Of a stretch of DNA of 64,000 nt, positions 12,100 through 29,681 are shown piece after piece (position 1 is the stretch's first letter; each line of letters starts with the position of its first letter). The translations under genes and the position numbers were made by a program. This stretch comes from Macrostomum lignano (Eukaryota). The stretch covers positions 208,690-272,689 of the forward strand of contig NIVC01000900.1 in the NCBI GenBank assembly GCA_002269645.1, given 5' to 3'. The notes under the pieces are model-generated. The model saw only the letters and a list, made by a program, of their open reading frames with translations, was not told the origin of the DNA and searched no databases.

Positions 12100-15000
12100 A
12101 TGACTCAACTTATTGTTCTCAGACTAGTAAATAAGATTTTCATCTGCTTACTATTACTAAATTGTACAGCAACCGCTACAAAGGAGGTCAAAATTTCCGA
12201 CGAACGTGCATTAAATGCTATGCTGGCTTTCTTTGCCCTTGAGCGCCAAAGAATTGACGTGCCTTTGTCGGACCTCCCAGACGGGCATTCAGTGGAGGAC
12301 CGTGTGCTAAGTGGCTTGGCCTATGTGCCCTTAGCTGACCAGCCAATTCACGCCCTGTACGCTAGAGAAGGATTTCCAGACTTAAAGCGCATGTTCAGTG
12401 CCCCAGTTGTTCGTGACGGGTCAAGAACTTATCCAGCGATTCCCAGTCTGGACGCCAAGCGGAACAAAATCTACTTTCGGGTCTTTGGTAAGTTTTCCCA
12501 AAATTATTGATTACGATACTTAAGTATATACATACTCACGGGTAGGGTTGTAGACGCAACACTATCAGGGGCCGATTTCATGAAGCAAGTACAAGTGACA
12601 AGTACAAACGGCCACTAAAAGTTGCGGCTGCATTACGACACCAGGACGTAACTCTCCCCGTTTGAGTGCGCCTTGTTCTTGTCTAAGGGTCTATCTGCTT
12701 CTAGCGATTCTTTCGTTTTTCATCCATCACGGTTTGGAATTCGTTGGTAGCTTTGAAAGTTGCATATTTTCTTCCTAGTAACGAATATTAGCGATTAAAA
12801 GTTCATTCAATTCAACAACCAATTTCTAGGTAATTTGCTAACGAAGGTACCTAAAATTACAAGTTCATTGAAAAAGTATTGTCACATCAACGAAGGTAAG
12901 TAAATTTCTACCGGGGTAATATATACCTATTTGCTTGTTTGCTGTGATTGAACTATTTACCAGATGGCCGATGAAATCTAAACTGATTGCGTGCTTGTTT
13001 CAGTTGAGTCACAGCGAATCTAGTTTGTGCATCAGTTTGAGTCACATTGAATCCAGTGTGAGTCGTGCCCAAGGGATAGACTAGTGTGTGTGTAACAACA
13101 AACAACTTCAGGTCACTCATGTACCTTTGCTGCCGGCGACGCAATCGTATCCTGTGAATTAGTGTCGCATTCGAAGTCGCCAACTGAATTGATCGACATG
13201 TTCGGATATCTGGCCTTGCGTCTCGTTGGGGTGAGACAAACTGGTTAATCTGTCTGTCTTTAAAGTAGCATTTTACATTCTAACTAAAGTGCTTTACACC
13301 AGACTAATTGACTCTCTTACGCTCGTATATCAAAATATTCCATTTTTGGGGATGGAAGTACCCGCAGTACCTTCAGTACCTTTGGGACCTTCAAGACCTT
13401 CGAGACCTTCCGGACCTTCGGGACCTTCGGGACCTTCGGGACCTTCAGGACCCTCGGGACCTTCGGGACCTTCAGGAGCCTCAGGACCCTTGATTAAGTG
13501 CATGCTTAAAATTGTCTATAAAACGTAAGAGCATATTATATTTTATATGCAACACACTATGTAGTCTGCGAACGACGTCTACATGAGATTTTACGGCGTA
13601 AAAGTCTACCAACCTGCCAAGAAGTTTAAAAGATTCGTTTTCACCTACGAAGACGAGCGCAATCACCCAAGGATTCTCTGGCCAGCCTGGGTTAATCTCT
13701 ACTTGTTCTTCCGAAACAGCTACCAGGTCTGCCTGGAAGCTAAAAGATGCGGGTATAAAACTGACGATGACTGCGCGAACTTTTTCAGCAACGTTAACCA
13801 ATTATCGCTGACGTACGCTTATTTTGTGTGCCGAATTTTGTCAGGCAGCGCTTCGGACAGTCTGTGCCCTAATATTTGCCGGTTCGATCCTTGTGCCACC
13901 ATACATCATGCTATTAAAGGTGAATTACTGGGGCTTCTTTATCACAGACACCCGAATACTTTACCAGATACCCGAATACTTTACCAGACACGGGAATACA
14001 TTACCAGACACCCGAATACTTTACCAGACACCCGAATACTTTACCAGACATGGGAATACTTTATCAGACACCCGAATACTTTACCACACACCCGAATAGT
14101 TTACCAGACACGGGAATACTTTATCAGACACCCGAATACTTTACCAGACACGGGAATACTTTATCAGACACCCGAATACTTTACCAGACACGGGAATACT
14201 TTATCAGGCACCCGAATACTTTACCAGACATGGTAATACTTTATCAGACACCCGAATACTTTACCACACACCCGAATAGTTTACCAGACACGGGAATACT
14301 TTATCAGACACCCGAATAGTTTACCAGACACGGGAATACACTACCAGACACCCGAATAGTTTACCAGACACGGGAATACTTTACCAGACACGGGAATACA
14401 CTACCAGACACGGGAATACTCTACCAGACACGGGAATACTCTACCAGACACGGGAATACTCTACCAGACACGGGAATACTCTACCAGACACGGGAATACT
14501 CTACCAGACACGGGAATACTCTACCAGACACGGGAATACTTTACTTATAGATACCTGCCATTTATCATGCGCGCTCTCTCTGCAGGCACCTGCTATCCAA
14601 TCAGCTTGAAAATACACCGGCATGATTATTTCTGCTTTTGCGAAGAGGGCTACAGGTGGGAGGCAAAAGACACAAGAGATTCCATTGGAGTCTGGCGAAC
14701 TGGAAGGTGCGACCATTCTGTATTTGAAGCATAGAAGAATGACAATCCTCTAGACTCGTAACAACAAAGATAACAAAGACTTATTTAACCCGTTCAGTAG
14801 ACAGTAAGTAGATTTATTTAGCTGCATTTTAAAAATGTTTATTTTTCAGGTGCACTTCCATGAAGCCCATGTCATCAGACACGGAGGCCTGTACCCCACT
14901 AGAGATGGAAACGTTTTGCAATCGAGACGGCACTGCATCTTGCACAGTTATGCGTGCTACTTACAACCGTAGGGCCGTATGCATTTGCAAAACGGGCTAT

Positions 15001-18000
15001 GGAAATCTGGACTGTAGCTATAAGTTCAGAGACGCCTGCGATGCACACGAATTTAAGGGCCTATTGCTCTGCAGGAGCCACGAAAAAGTCGGCAAATGCA
15101 AACCCTATGGGACAGGTCCAATTTCAGGACCGAAGCTCAATCTAAGGTAGACTTAATGAATATTTTGTTGACAGCTGAGTGTCTTGTTAAATACCTGGGT
15201 GTCTAGTTAAGCCACAGAGTACCACAGAATGCTCAGCCGACTAGTAAAATCGAATGTGTATCTAATTAAAACACCATAGATGCAACGTTTCCTGTGATGA
15301 TTTATAATTGTCGTAACTACTCGTAATATATAATATCAAAGTAGCAGAGTTGACTGCTTGTAGAGCAGTCGATTCATATTGTTTTCATACAAAATATTAA
15401 AGCAGTACAGTTTACTTTTTCCTGAGCAAACAACGTGAACGATTGTCAGAAAACTTAAGTGGCAAGCTCTTGTGGTGCTTATAAATTAATAATGGATTCT
15501 ACTGTATACCAAACAATTTAACCTAAGATCCAAGGACGACTTAAGTAGAAGGACGGGAAACCTCGTTTCTTAGAAAAGTTTTGAAGGCACTTTTTCCCGA
15601 AAAAATACACTACGGAGATAGGAAGTTTTCATTTTTTCAGCACAAAAATTGTTATTGCGTTTGATAGGAGGCAGATCCAGTGTTCATCTTTTGATATGTT
15701 GTGCCTTTTTTATTGCTCTATCGATATTTACAAAGCTCCTCGTTCAGAAAATTAGGATTCTATGCTAATTTTTGATTCTACGTATATTTCCTGTATCTAA
15801 AAATCACAAAAATGCATGACACAGCTCCAATATTTGGTTTTATGAACCTATTTTATCATCTCTGTTACAAATATTTGCTACACAGTCGGGTAAGAATGAT
15901 AAAAAAGACTCATGAAGCTAAAGAGCCGAGCCGTGGCATTCTAATGTATTTCAAGCACAAGACACGCGAAAATATACGTAGAATAAAAAATTAACATGAA
16001 TCCTAATTTTCTGAACGAAAAGCTTTATAAATATCGATAGAGCAATAAAAAAGGCACAACATATCAAAAGATGAACACTGGATCTGCCTCCTATCAAACG
16101 CAATAACAATTTTTGTGCTGAAAAAATGAAAACTTCCTATCTCCGTAGTGTATTTTTTCGGGAAAAAGTGCCTTCAAAACTTTTCTAAGAAACGAGGTTT
16201 CCCGTCCTTCTACTTAAGTCGTCCTTGCTAAGATCACGTGGCTCTTTGCTGATCTATAATTATTCAAAAATACAAAACAATTAAAATCACAAGCCCATGC
16301 CAGTGATATAGTCTATGGTGATTCTTCTCCCTACTACTTTCCCACAGCTTCACAGGAAGAGTAGTACAAAGCGAAAGGAATTCAAAAAATTCTCATTGAG
16401 ATTTTTTCTTCGTTCTGGGGTATTCTGTGGACTAAGCAGTAACTGAATAATTTTTTGTTGTCTAAATGGTTTTAGGCTTTGATAATGCTTTGATAATGGA
16501 TAAATAATCAGCGGTCCCAGTGCGTGATAACGATTGTCTGGCGATCGCCGGCAGGCGCGAGCTTTAGACAAATCGTTGTCACGTGCTGCGACCGCTGATT
16601 CTTTACATTGTTTTTCTATTTGACGATCCTACAGACAATGCATTTTTGTAGTAATGGATTGTTCTGCATTAAAAATGTGAATAATGATCGCCAAATTGCT
16701 AAACAATGACAATTAACTATGCCCAAATGAAGACAAATATTTGTGTGCGTTGGTGCATTGGTTTCAGTGCGTTGGCTTCTAGATAAACGTTCGCGCAACA
16801 CTTATTGCGTTGTTGCAGTTATTACTTCTTTGATTTTAATCCCGACATAGGGCTTATCAGTGTCAGTGCTTCTCCTCCAAGTACATTCGATGGGTCGGAA
16901 AAACAGGCGAAGAATGCCGGCAGTGGATACCCAGCCTGTGGCACGACAGAAGCCAGCGCTGCGGCTACGACTTCTTACTAGCCAGACCTGACATGCTGGT
17001 CAAGCACTGCAACCAGATCGGCTGCACCGAGGCCTCGATTCGCAGCTACATAGCCGACTTGGAGGCAGCTGGTCACGCCTGCGGCGGTCTCGGCTCCTGC
17101 AGTCCCGGTCCATTGAACATGAGCACCGATATGCGGATGTCGGCCTATTGCCAGTGCAAGCTCGGCAAGGCTGGTAAACTTTGCGAAAGCGTTTACGCCT
17201 CTTATGTTGAGTGGACGCCATGGACCGTGTGTTACGATAAAGGACTTGGTGGGTTGTTTTCTTGTTTTATTACTACTAAGTCAGCTTTTTGCATTAGCTG
17301 TTTTGTTGGAGCAAACGCATCAGTGCTCAGATGGGATCCGCGGTGATGTCAGAAAGTCGCAATGAAAATTCCTAGCTCAGACATTTATCGAATCAAATCA
17401 CTGAAATCCCAACTGTCGGGTCAAAATATGACTTTCCAGGTTTCAGCCATCAAGGATGTTTGACCGCTACAATGCCCAGTCTTCACTTTCTAGCTATTTT
17501 TTTATTAGAGGCAGAGGTGTTGTGTGCACCCTGGCGCACTTTAAGCGACATAGGCACACAACCGGCGAGAGGCATTGCTGCCCATTCCGCCGACTCCCCT
17601 GAGCAGACATACAAGCGCGCGGATACGTACGCAGGCACACACTCACACAGGAGTGTACAGCGGCCCTGATTTTCTGATTTTTGTTTTCGTCCGCAAGTCT
17701 CAAATGAATGCAGCCTGTCGTGGCTCTGTTCAACCCACCTCACAAACTTGACATTGCATTGAAAGAGTAACAAAAACAATTTTCAGTGCTAGCCAAGCAG
17801 AGAGGTCGGCTCCGATTCAGGCACTGCCAAGAATTGCATCAGAAACAAGTCGGCAGCCCGCCGCTCTGCGTCAATGGCAAAACTGAACAACTGCCCTGTC
17901 CAGATGTTGCCGAGCATCTGGAGGAGACTTTGACTCATTCGGACTATGGAGTGACATCGCAGGCGGTCATTTCAATGTGGCGAATCGTTGAACTATTGAT

Positions 18001-18130
18001 CCTGACCGATCTACTGCTGGTTGGAATGCTTGCAGGAGCCCTGATCTACCACAGGATCGTGCTGGGCGGGTGGGGAGTTGAAGAGCCCAAAGCTGAAAAA
18101 GAAGCAGATTCTGCACCGCAGAAAGCTTGA
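12100..18130 (+). CDS. Single-pass membrane protein with several EGF-like repeats and one TSP1 repeat (5' exon linkage uncertain)
   Basis: Signal-peptide exon 12100-12487. Exons at about 13565-13919, about 14585-14730 (CFCEEGY, with a frameshift), 14850-15146 (CICKTGYGNLDC), 16851-17248 (CQCKLGKAGKLCE, WTPWTVC) and 17787-18130 (RGRLRFRHC...C...C, TM LLILTDLLLVGMLAGALIY, short tail). Phases match for the last three junctions. Confidence 0.65.
13945..14542. repeat. 20-bp intronic minisatellite ttaccagaca(cccg/cggg)aatact, about 30 units
   Basis: Tandem units follow the donor aaag|gtgaat at 13920. Confidence 0.95.
15531..16227. mobile_element. Foldback MITE with TIRs of about 260 bp and 8-bp TSD (hAT/P-like)
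   Basis: Starts caaggacgacttaagtagaagg and ends ccttctacttaagtcgtccttg. The TSD ctaagatc is at 15523-15530 and 16228-16235. Diverged fragments occur at about 42555-42600 and 43440-43700. Confidence 0.9.
17501..17690. repeat. Dispersed repeat, inverted copy of 20645-20830
   Basis: gtgcaccctggcgcactttaagcgaca...ccattccgccgactcccctgagcag matches the reverse complement of 20645-20830. Confidence 0.8.
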
Positions 18131-18605
18131 GACTTAATTTGATGAAGCTTGATGTCAAATTTATATCTGATCGATATCTCATCAATATCTGATCGATTTC
18201 TAACCAATATCTAATCGATATCTATCCAATAACGAAGCAACAGTTACCTGTTCTCAATCTCTAATTAATCTATTAGATCATTTGTTGCTAGTTTTTCATT
18301 GTTTACATAACCGCGAATACCGCTCACATGGAGTAGACAGATAGAAAACTTCTAACTAATGCTACAGTCTAACTGTTTAAGCAGAAAGTCGAATAAAAAC
18401 GAGTTAGTTTATTGATCGCGTTTTGTTTTATTTGGCACCTGGCCTAAGCAGGAGAGTCCTAATTGAAATTAAGCTAGTTTTCGTGTGCGTTTGATATATT
18501 TTTATGCTGTCTACTATTATTAGTCTGATAGGATTGCGAGTAATAGAAGCAAAAAGTAAATTTTCTCAAGTCCTTGGCACTAAAATTATAATATTCGTAG
18601 TTTTT

Positions 18606-22100
<3,495 letters not shown>

Positions 22101-22784
22101 TGCTACTCAAACCGGACCAGTTCGGAACTAAAGCCACGTCAGCTTAATCTTAAAAGCAAGAACTTCTCAACGAGCATTGTTTGAAATAGTCGTCCACTTA
22201 AGAAGCATACTAGTAGAAGTCATTCAGCTATGAATTTCAGCTGCTTGAAACACTGCGCGTTCAGCATTGCCTGCTCTGTAGCCTCTGCATTGAAGTTGCA
22301 GAAACTTCTGGTGACGATTGGGGGCGCAATGTGCAGTTCTGAGCAGTCTGAGTCACTGTGGCCCGATAATTTGCTTGTCGGACTGCTTTGAGAAGAGAAT
22401 ACGCTCTTGCTGAGGCTACATGGGCAAATACAAAGCCCAAGTATGACCAACCGGCATTGGGCAGAGAGGCGTCGGGTGTTCTGCATGCATTTGCCTCTTT
22501 TCCTGTCAATTGTTAATATTTTAATCAAAATAACAGTAATCTTACTCAGCAAAATCAGTCAAAATCAGTCCTGGGTGGGTAACCAATACCTGAGATTTGT
22601 CCACCAATCAGATTTTCCGGGTTTACCAATTCCAATGCAAGGGCAATACATTCACCCTATAAGTATCTCCGCAAGTTAAAGCGGTATCGAGTTCTGATGG
22701 CCAAGATCGAGTTCCACTCCCCCTGATGAATTTCAAAAACAATAAACTTTCACAGCTTACTGAATTTTTTTAGCTCTTGCCAGC

Positions 22785-24744
22785 ATGCTAGCTTTGTTGA
22801 GCACATTTGGGCAATTATTGTGCCTCATTGCCATCGCCTCGGCGTCCATCGTGGGGCTCACCGACTACGACAGACTGGTCGCCTGTCCGTCAGACGACCT
22901 ACCCGCTGATGGAGTGCGGAAGCTGGAGCTTCATCAACTGCCTGAACGCAGCATCGCTGGCTGCGTGCTGAGCTGCCACACGACAGAGAGCTGTGCAGCT
23001 GCCAGCATGGTCGCTGAGCATCGCTGGTGTCTGCTGGCGACTGCCGAGGCCTTCCTCACTGCATGGCTGCACGGACACGGCCAGTGCGACTCGTTTGTGA
23101 ACAGGCGGAGGCTGGCAAAGTTCCAGCAGGGTGAGGAGTCACGAGTGAATGCAGCTGTGCCCATGCAGTGCGTGACTGCAGCTGTGCCCATGCAGTGTGT
23201 GACTGCAGCTGTGCCCATGCAGTGTGTGACTGCAGCTGTGCCCATGCAGTGCGTGACTGCAGCTGTGCCCATGCAGTGTGTGACTGCAGCTGTGCCCATG
23301 CAGTGTGTGACTGCAGCTGTGCCCATGCAGTGCGTGACTGCAGCTGTGCCCATGCAGTGTGTGACCGCAGTTGTGCCCATGCAGTGCGTAACTGCAGCTG
23401 TACCCATGCAGTGTGTGACTGCAGCTGTACCCATGCAGTGTGTGACTGCAGCTGTACCCAGTTCACTCACTGGCGAGTTCATCCATGCACCGATGTGCTC
23501 ATATCGTTACATCGTTATCGAATTGCAGCTCACACGACCGACCTGCCCAGCAGCATCGCGGTGAGCTCGCTGCGGATTCTGTACCACTTCCGTGTGGGCT
23601 CGTTCAACCTGGCGCCTGTGCACCGGAATCCGCACACTCCGGTGCTCGTGTCGGCTGTGCTCAACCGGTCTGCGGGCGCGTTCGTGACGGGAGAGTCTGG
23701 CTCCTTCATCGGTGTGAGCACGGCCGACGGAATCGAGGACCTGTTTGTGCCCGAGCCCAACGTGACCGTGTTCATGCGAGCTAAGTTCGACTTCAACGGA
23801 GAGTGAGTTCCAAGGAAAGGCATGTTTGAGTGTCATTCTGAACATCCCAGTGAAACTGTGTTTTTTACAAAAAATCTGTAGCTGGGTTTTTGGACAAAAA
23901 GGATTCAAGTGAATTTTCTTATTTGTGTTTCTTATACTTGTTATTGCTGTGCAACTGACTAAGAAACTTGTATATAATTACAGAGAAATTTACAACTACT
24001 TTTACTACTTATTCAACTGCGAAGACAACGCATATGGTAATTACCTGGCTATGAAAAACGATGAACGGCTCAAGATGAGCTACCAGCAATCGAATTCGAC
24101 AGCTTACTGGTACTACGAATATCTAAGCAAACCAAACAGCTTTCCAACCAGCACCTCGGGCGCCTATCGCGGCTTTGGATTCGTTCTGGATGCAAGCGTC
24201 ACTGAGGCGAAGTTTTACAACTCCGCTTCTGGCGGAACCTCAACCGTGGAAGTCGAGGCTTCCACTTCTGATTCCGGAATCAAAGAGGCCAATTTCAATT
24301 GCATGAGGTTCGTCTTTATGCACCAGTAAATCTTCTATCTGTGTAGCTAATTGCAAAGACAGAATGAAAAATCACAGGGCAGTCTTAACCTACACATATA
24401 TACATGTATACAATTAACCATCATAGAGTTTAGTGATTTTGTATCGTATTAACGACATATCTACGAAGGTATTAGGTACGGAAAGGCAAAGGATCCAACT
24501 ACAAAATGATCTTGGTTTGTCACATTTAGAACTATTTTTTAAATATTGGATATTATTAATACGGCATTATTATAATCGTAGCACTTTCCAAATTCAACAT
24601 CCCAGAATCGGAGTGTTCGAACCGGACGCAATCGGGCGCTGCCTTCGAGGCTTCGTCGAGTGCTTCGCCATCTTCAGCGGTCAGCTCAGTGCCGCCCAGT
24701 TCCAGCAGCTGAACGCCTGGTGCGCCAACAAGAATTCTGCTTGA
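22785..24744 (+). CDS. Secreted PAN/apple + LamG/ConA-like protein, paralog B (intact)
   Basis: Exons 22785-23130, 23529-23802, 23984-24307 (alternative donor a few codons later) and 24606-24744, with phases 1, 2, 2. Signal peptide MLALLSTFGQLLCLIAIASAS. Ends CLRGFVECFAIFSGQLSAAQFQQLNAWC. Confidence 0.8.
23150..23461. repeat. 27-bp minisatellite, about 11-12 units, intron 1 of paralog B
   Basis: Same unit as 10668-11059. Confidence 0.95.
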
Positions 24745-25228
24745 AGCTGAAGAGGACACGGCAAACGTTTCAAGCTTGAAGTTTATTACCTGCGTTATTG
24801 TTGGAACTTTCATAAACTAGTCTGAATCGATCTGCGGCATGGCAACAATATGTTTGTTTATCGACTGTTCGCAATTAAAAAACCGGGATTTTTTTGCTTT
24901 TTTAATTTTTTAGCTTAAACCAGCCGGATTTCCTTGTCCTTGCTTTCTGAAAATCAAGAGTTTGGTTCGGAAAAAAATTGAACAAAAATCTAAATCAGTT
25001 AGTGATGCATTGTTAAACTGAATCAAAAATAAAAAAACTGGAGGCGGTCTCTGAGTCAGACAATGGAAAAGAGGCTTTTTCAAATGAAATTTCCGAAAAC
25101 GGAAGTTCGGATGCAGCAGTTCAAAGAAAAACAAAGCGGGAAGCAAAAAAGTTTTTATTGCTGCTTCAACCATTGAATCGGGTTTTGTGATTAAAAAAGT
25201 TTAAATTAAATGACAAAAGTTTGATTGC

Positions 25229-26436
<1,208 letters not shown>

Positions 26437-26958
26437 AAGATAGCGAGAAAGAGCGAGCGAAGCGAGCTCTTTCGAGCTTGCTTGCCGCAGCCAGTCAAGC
26501 TGAAAGCACGCACACAAGATCACCGGAAACGATTAAGGCAGCTGGAAAGCCAATGGGCGCGGTAAGCGCTTTTATACAGAGGAACTACCTGCTGGAACCA
26601 GCCATGCCGAACGAAAATCAGACTACTCAAGTAGTGCAAAAGAGTACGTGCAACTACCGAGAAATCTAATTTTCGTAACCGCTCCGGTGCAGGTCCTGGC
26701 TATAGATAGAAGATAGGTACAGCGTATACATTAGCTGACACGAATTTTTTAATTAACATTTATATTGTTGACAATAGAATATATATTTATGCTGATAATA
26801 TCCTTTTTTGTCAGTGTAATATATCGTATAATATAGAAAGTGACAGACATTTGTATCAGAGTAGCTCATATTGTTATTCAATTTCAAGTCAAGCTATAAG
26901 CAAGGCTTTTAATTTTTTTCGAATTTTATTCTGCTATAACAGTACCTAGAAAGTTCCT

Positions 26959-27255
26959 GAGGTTGTAGCCTAGTGGTCAGAGCGTCGGACTTACAACTTG
27001 AAGGTGGGGGTTCGATTCTTGACTCACTCGAAACAATTAGTGTCCTTGAGCAAGACACTTAACTCTGCATTGCTTCAGTTCACCCAGCTGTAAAATGGGT
27101 GCCAGCATTAGCTGGGGTAATTGAGGCTGTGTGTGGCGACCCCACCCCCCCCCCCCAGTCCATGGACTGAACAGCCGAACGCAGCTTTCAGATGCGCCGC
27201 GCAATTGCTGCGGCTGAGCTTTCGGTTGCACATCTGGCCATTAGGGCAGGTGTAA
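26959..27255 (+). mobile_element. tRNA-derived SINE with CORE-like domain, copy 1
   Basis: A-box tagcctagtgg and B-box ggttcgattc, followed by gtgtccttgagcaagacacttaactctgcattgcttcagttcacccagctgtaaaatggg, which resembles the MIR/CORE consensus. Second copy at 40837. Confidence 0.85.
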
Positions 27256-27456
27256 TCAGTCGAAGTTTAACTTCTTTATAGAAACATGCCCATGGCTACT
27301 TCACGTAATATCTTTAAGAAGTAAATTTTAAGAAAACATTCATATCTTGCTGCAAATATTCTAGCTGCAGCCAGCACTGCTATCCACTCTTTTAATTAAT
27401 CAATCAGCTGCTCTTGTTTTTCAACTCTTAATCTTGATCAATTAGGTGTCCTTGGC

Positions 27457-29400
27457 TCAGCCCATCGAGCAGTAGTCCTGCAGCTGCTGGAACTCCGATC
27501 CGGTGAGGCTCCGACTGCTCATACCGTAGCAGCGGATTGTGCCCTTGAAACTCCAATCATTTCTCAGGCTATAGCCAAGTTTCAGACACCCGAAGCGACC
27601 CTCAGGAGCGCTCCCGATGCTTCCATTTCGCGATGGCTCAGCGTGCGTGATGCTTCCGTTGAAATAAAATTTCACACTTTCGGCATTGGCAGAGAACGCA
27701 GAGCCAACTGAGATCAAACCGATTGAGTCATCGTTAGTAAACACGTTGTAAGCTGACCAACGTTGATACTGGAAATATCCGTTCATCCAATGAAAATAAG
27801 CGTACATCGTGCGACTATTTTTTGCCCAAGTGTTGGACGACTTGGTTCCGTTGCACTGTTGAATCCGGTGGTAGAATTTGTAGCTGAAAGTTTATTAATC
27901 AGGGTTTACGGGGTAAGACACTCAGATAATTTTTTTTTCAAACAGTCTTTACACCATGCAAGTATCCCCCAACTCACCTTCTGTCCAGTCCCCTCCTCAC
28001 TCCCTGCCCCAGTCCCCCTCCTAACTCCCTGCCCCAGCCCTCCTCCTCACTCCCTGCACCAGCCCCCTTCCGGCACCAGTCCCCCTTCTCACTCTCTGCA
28101 CCAGCCCCTCCCTCCTCACTTCCTGCCCCAGCCCTCCTCCTCACTCCCTGCACCAGCCCCCTTCCGGCACCAGTCCCCCTTCTCACTCTCTGCACCAGCC
28201 CCTCCCTCCTCACTTCCTGCACCAGCCCCTCCTCACTCCCTGCCCCAGTCCCCCTCCTTACTTCCTGCACCAGCCCCCCTCCTCACTCCCTGCCCCATTC
28301 CCCCTCCTCACTTCCTGCCCCAGCCCCCTCCTCACTCCCTGCACCAGCCTGCCTCCTCATTCCCTGCCCAGGCCCCCTAGTCCTTATTCTCTGCTCTGCT
28401 TATCTATATCACTTTATCTCTTTCCTAATTGATCTCTAACTAATTAAACGATAGTTAAGATAGCGTTGAAATATTGTCTCACCCGCTCGTCATGTTATGC
28501 CTAGCTAGCATGTAGAATGAATAATTTCTATTAAAGTCCAAATCGTGCTCAAGGCCAGGCGTCTTAGCAATCAGATAGGAGTCGTTGTGCCCCATCAGCT
28601 GGGCACCGTCGGTCCCAAGGTTCACGTTGCGAGCGGTGAGGCAATACTGCCTTGGATTCACCTCGTTCAGTAAGCCGCTGTGCGTGAATCGGTAAAACAA
28701 TTTCATCTGCAGCTGGCTTAGTAGACCAGCGCGTTCTGAAATTATTCAAGAGGAATGCGTTGCGACAGCGACTCTATACGTGGGGGAAGTGTAGAGTCGA
28801 AGGATCGTCTGAGTTTCTTTTGCTGACCAAGAAGCGAAATCAAATCTTGTACAAGTTGGGTCTTCTTCGTCTTTGAATTGACTGCTCACAAACAACGGAT
28901 AGACAAGTTTCTGAGCATCTTCTCACACAAATTGGCTTGCTGAAACAAGCACTCTCTGAATTTTTTATGTGAATCAAAAATATCGATGGGGCCAAGCGTG
29001 CACGAGTCAGTGTCGCTTCTTACGCAACAAAAAGAGCCCTTCTTGGCAGATTCACTCGTGCTAGCCACTTACTAGAAGCACCCGTATGCTGATAAGTGTC
29101 GCAGCTTCCAGACGTCCATTGTTCCTCTGTCGAGCAGGAGTCGCCAGTGTAGCACAGCCGAGTGCCCGGATCAAAGTGGAAGGCGTCACAAAGCGGCTGC
29201 AGGCTGCAGTGCACCGAGCACTCAGCATTGCCGCTAACATTGGACGCCGCAATCACTGCAGCGTCGGTGGGGCAGAGCGAAGTGCGTTGGAATGTCAGAC
29301 TGTCCGTTTGGAAGCCGAGAGCAGAAGACAGCTGGCACCAGCATGTCATTAGCATGGCAATCAGTAGACATAGCTTCGAAATTCGCGTGCAGTGGCACAT
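27457..29400 (-). CDS. Secreted PAN/apple + LamG/ConA-like protein, paralog D (intact, divergent)
   Basis: Exons 29400-29073, 28735-28483 and 27883-27457, with phases 1 and 2 in frame. PAN pattern CSVHCSLQPLCDAFHFDPGTRLC. LamG-like end CLKLGYS...FKGTIRCYGMSSRSLTGSEFQQLQDYC. Confidence 0.85.
27983..28378. repeat. Pyrimidine/C-rich degenerate minisatellite in intron 2 of paralog D
   Basis: Repeated ctcctcactccctgcaccagcccc units. Confidence 0.9.
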
Positions 29401-29681
29401 TTTCTAAAAATTGTTGAGACAAAATGTTGACAAGATGGATTGGGAGTCCGCTTTAGCTCCATCATATTTTATCAGCACTGAGATTCCTACATGTGGGGAA
29501 ATGTACGGGCGATTCTATTGGCTCTTCGTCAAGTTGCCATTGGCTACGGAAGCTGCCTAATAAACCCCCACTTCATCCTAGTGTATTTCCTGTGTTTACT
29601 CTCAGATAATACTGCTGAAGTTGCTTTCTCCGAGGAAATCAAATTTGCTCGGGAGTATCTGCTTCTACTGACATCGCGGCT

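Noticed and set aside
13384-13489. Collagen-like (GPS)n coding segment
   Set aside because: A 9-bp repeat of only about 10 triplets. I could not establish consistent splice phases, so it may be intronic.
22220-22552. Small Cys-containing ORF upstream of the CREC gene
   Set aside because: No recognisable domain or confirmed exon structure.
26959-27030. tRNA gene (also at 40837)
   Set aside because: The A and B boxes are followed by a shared SINE body, the two copies differ in the anticodon region, and there is no clean acceptor stem.
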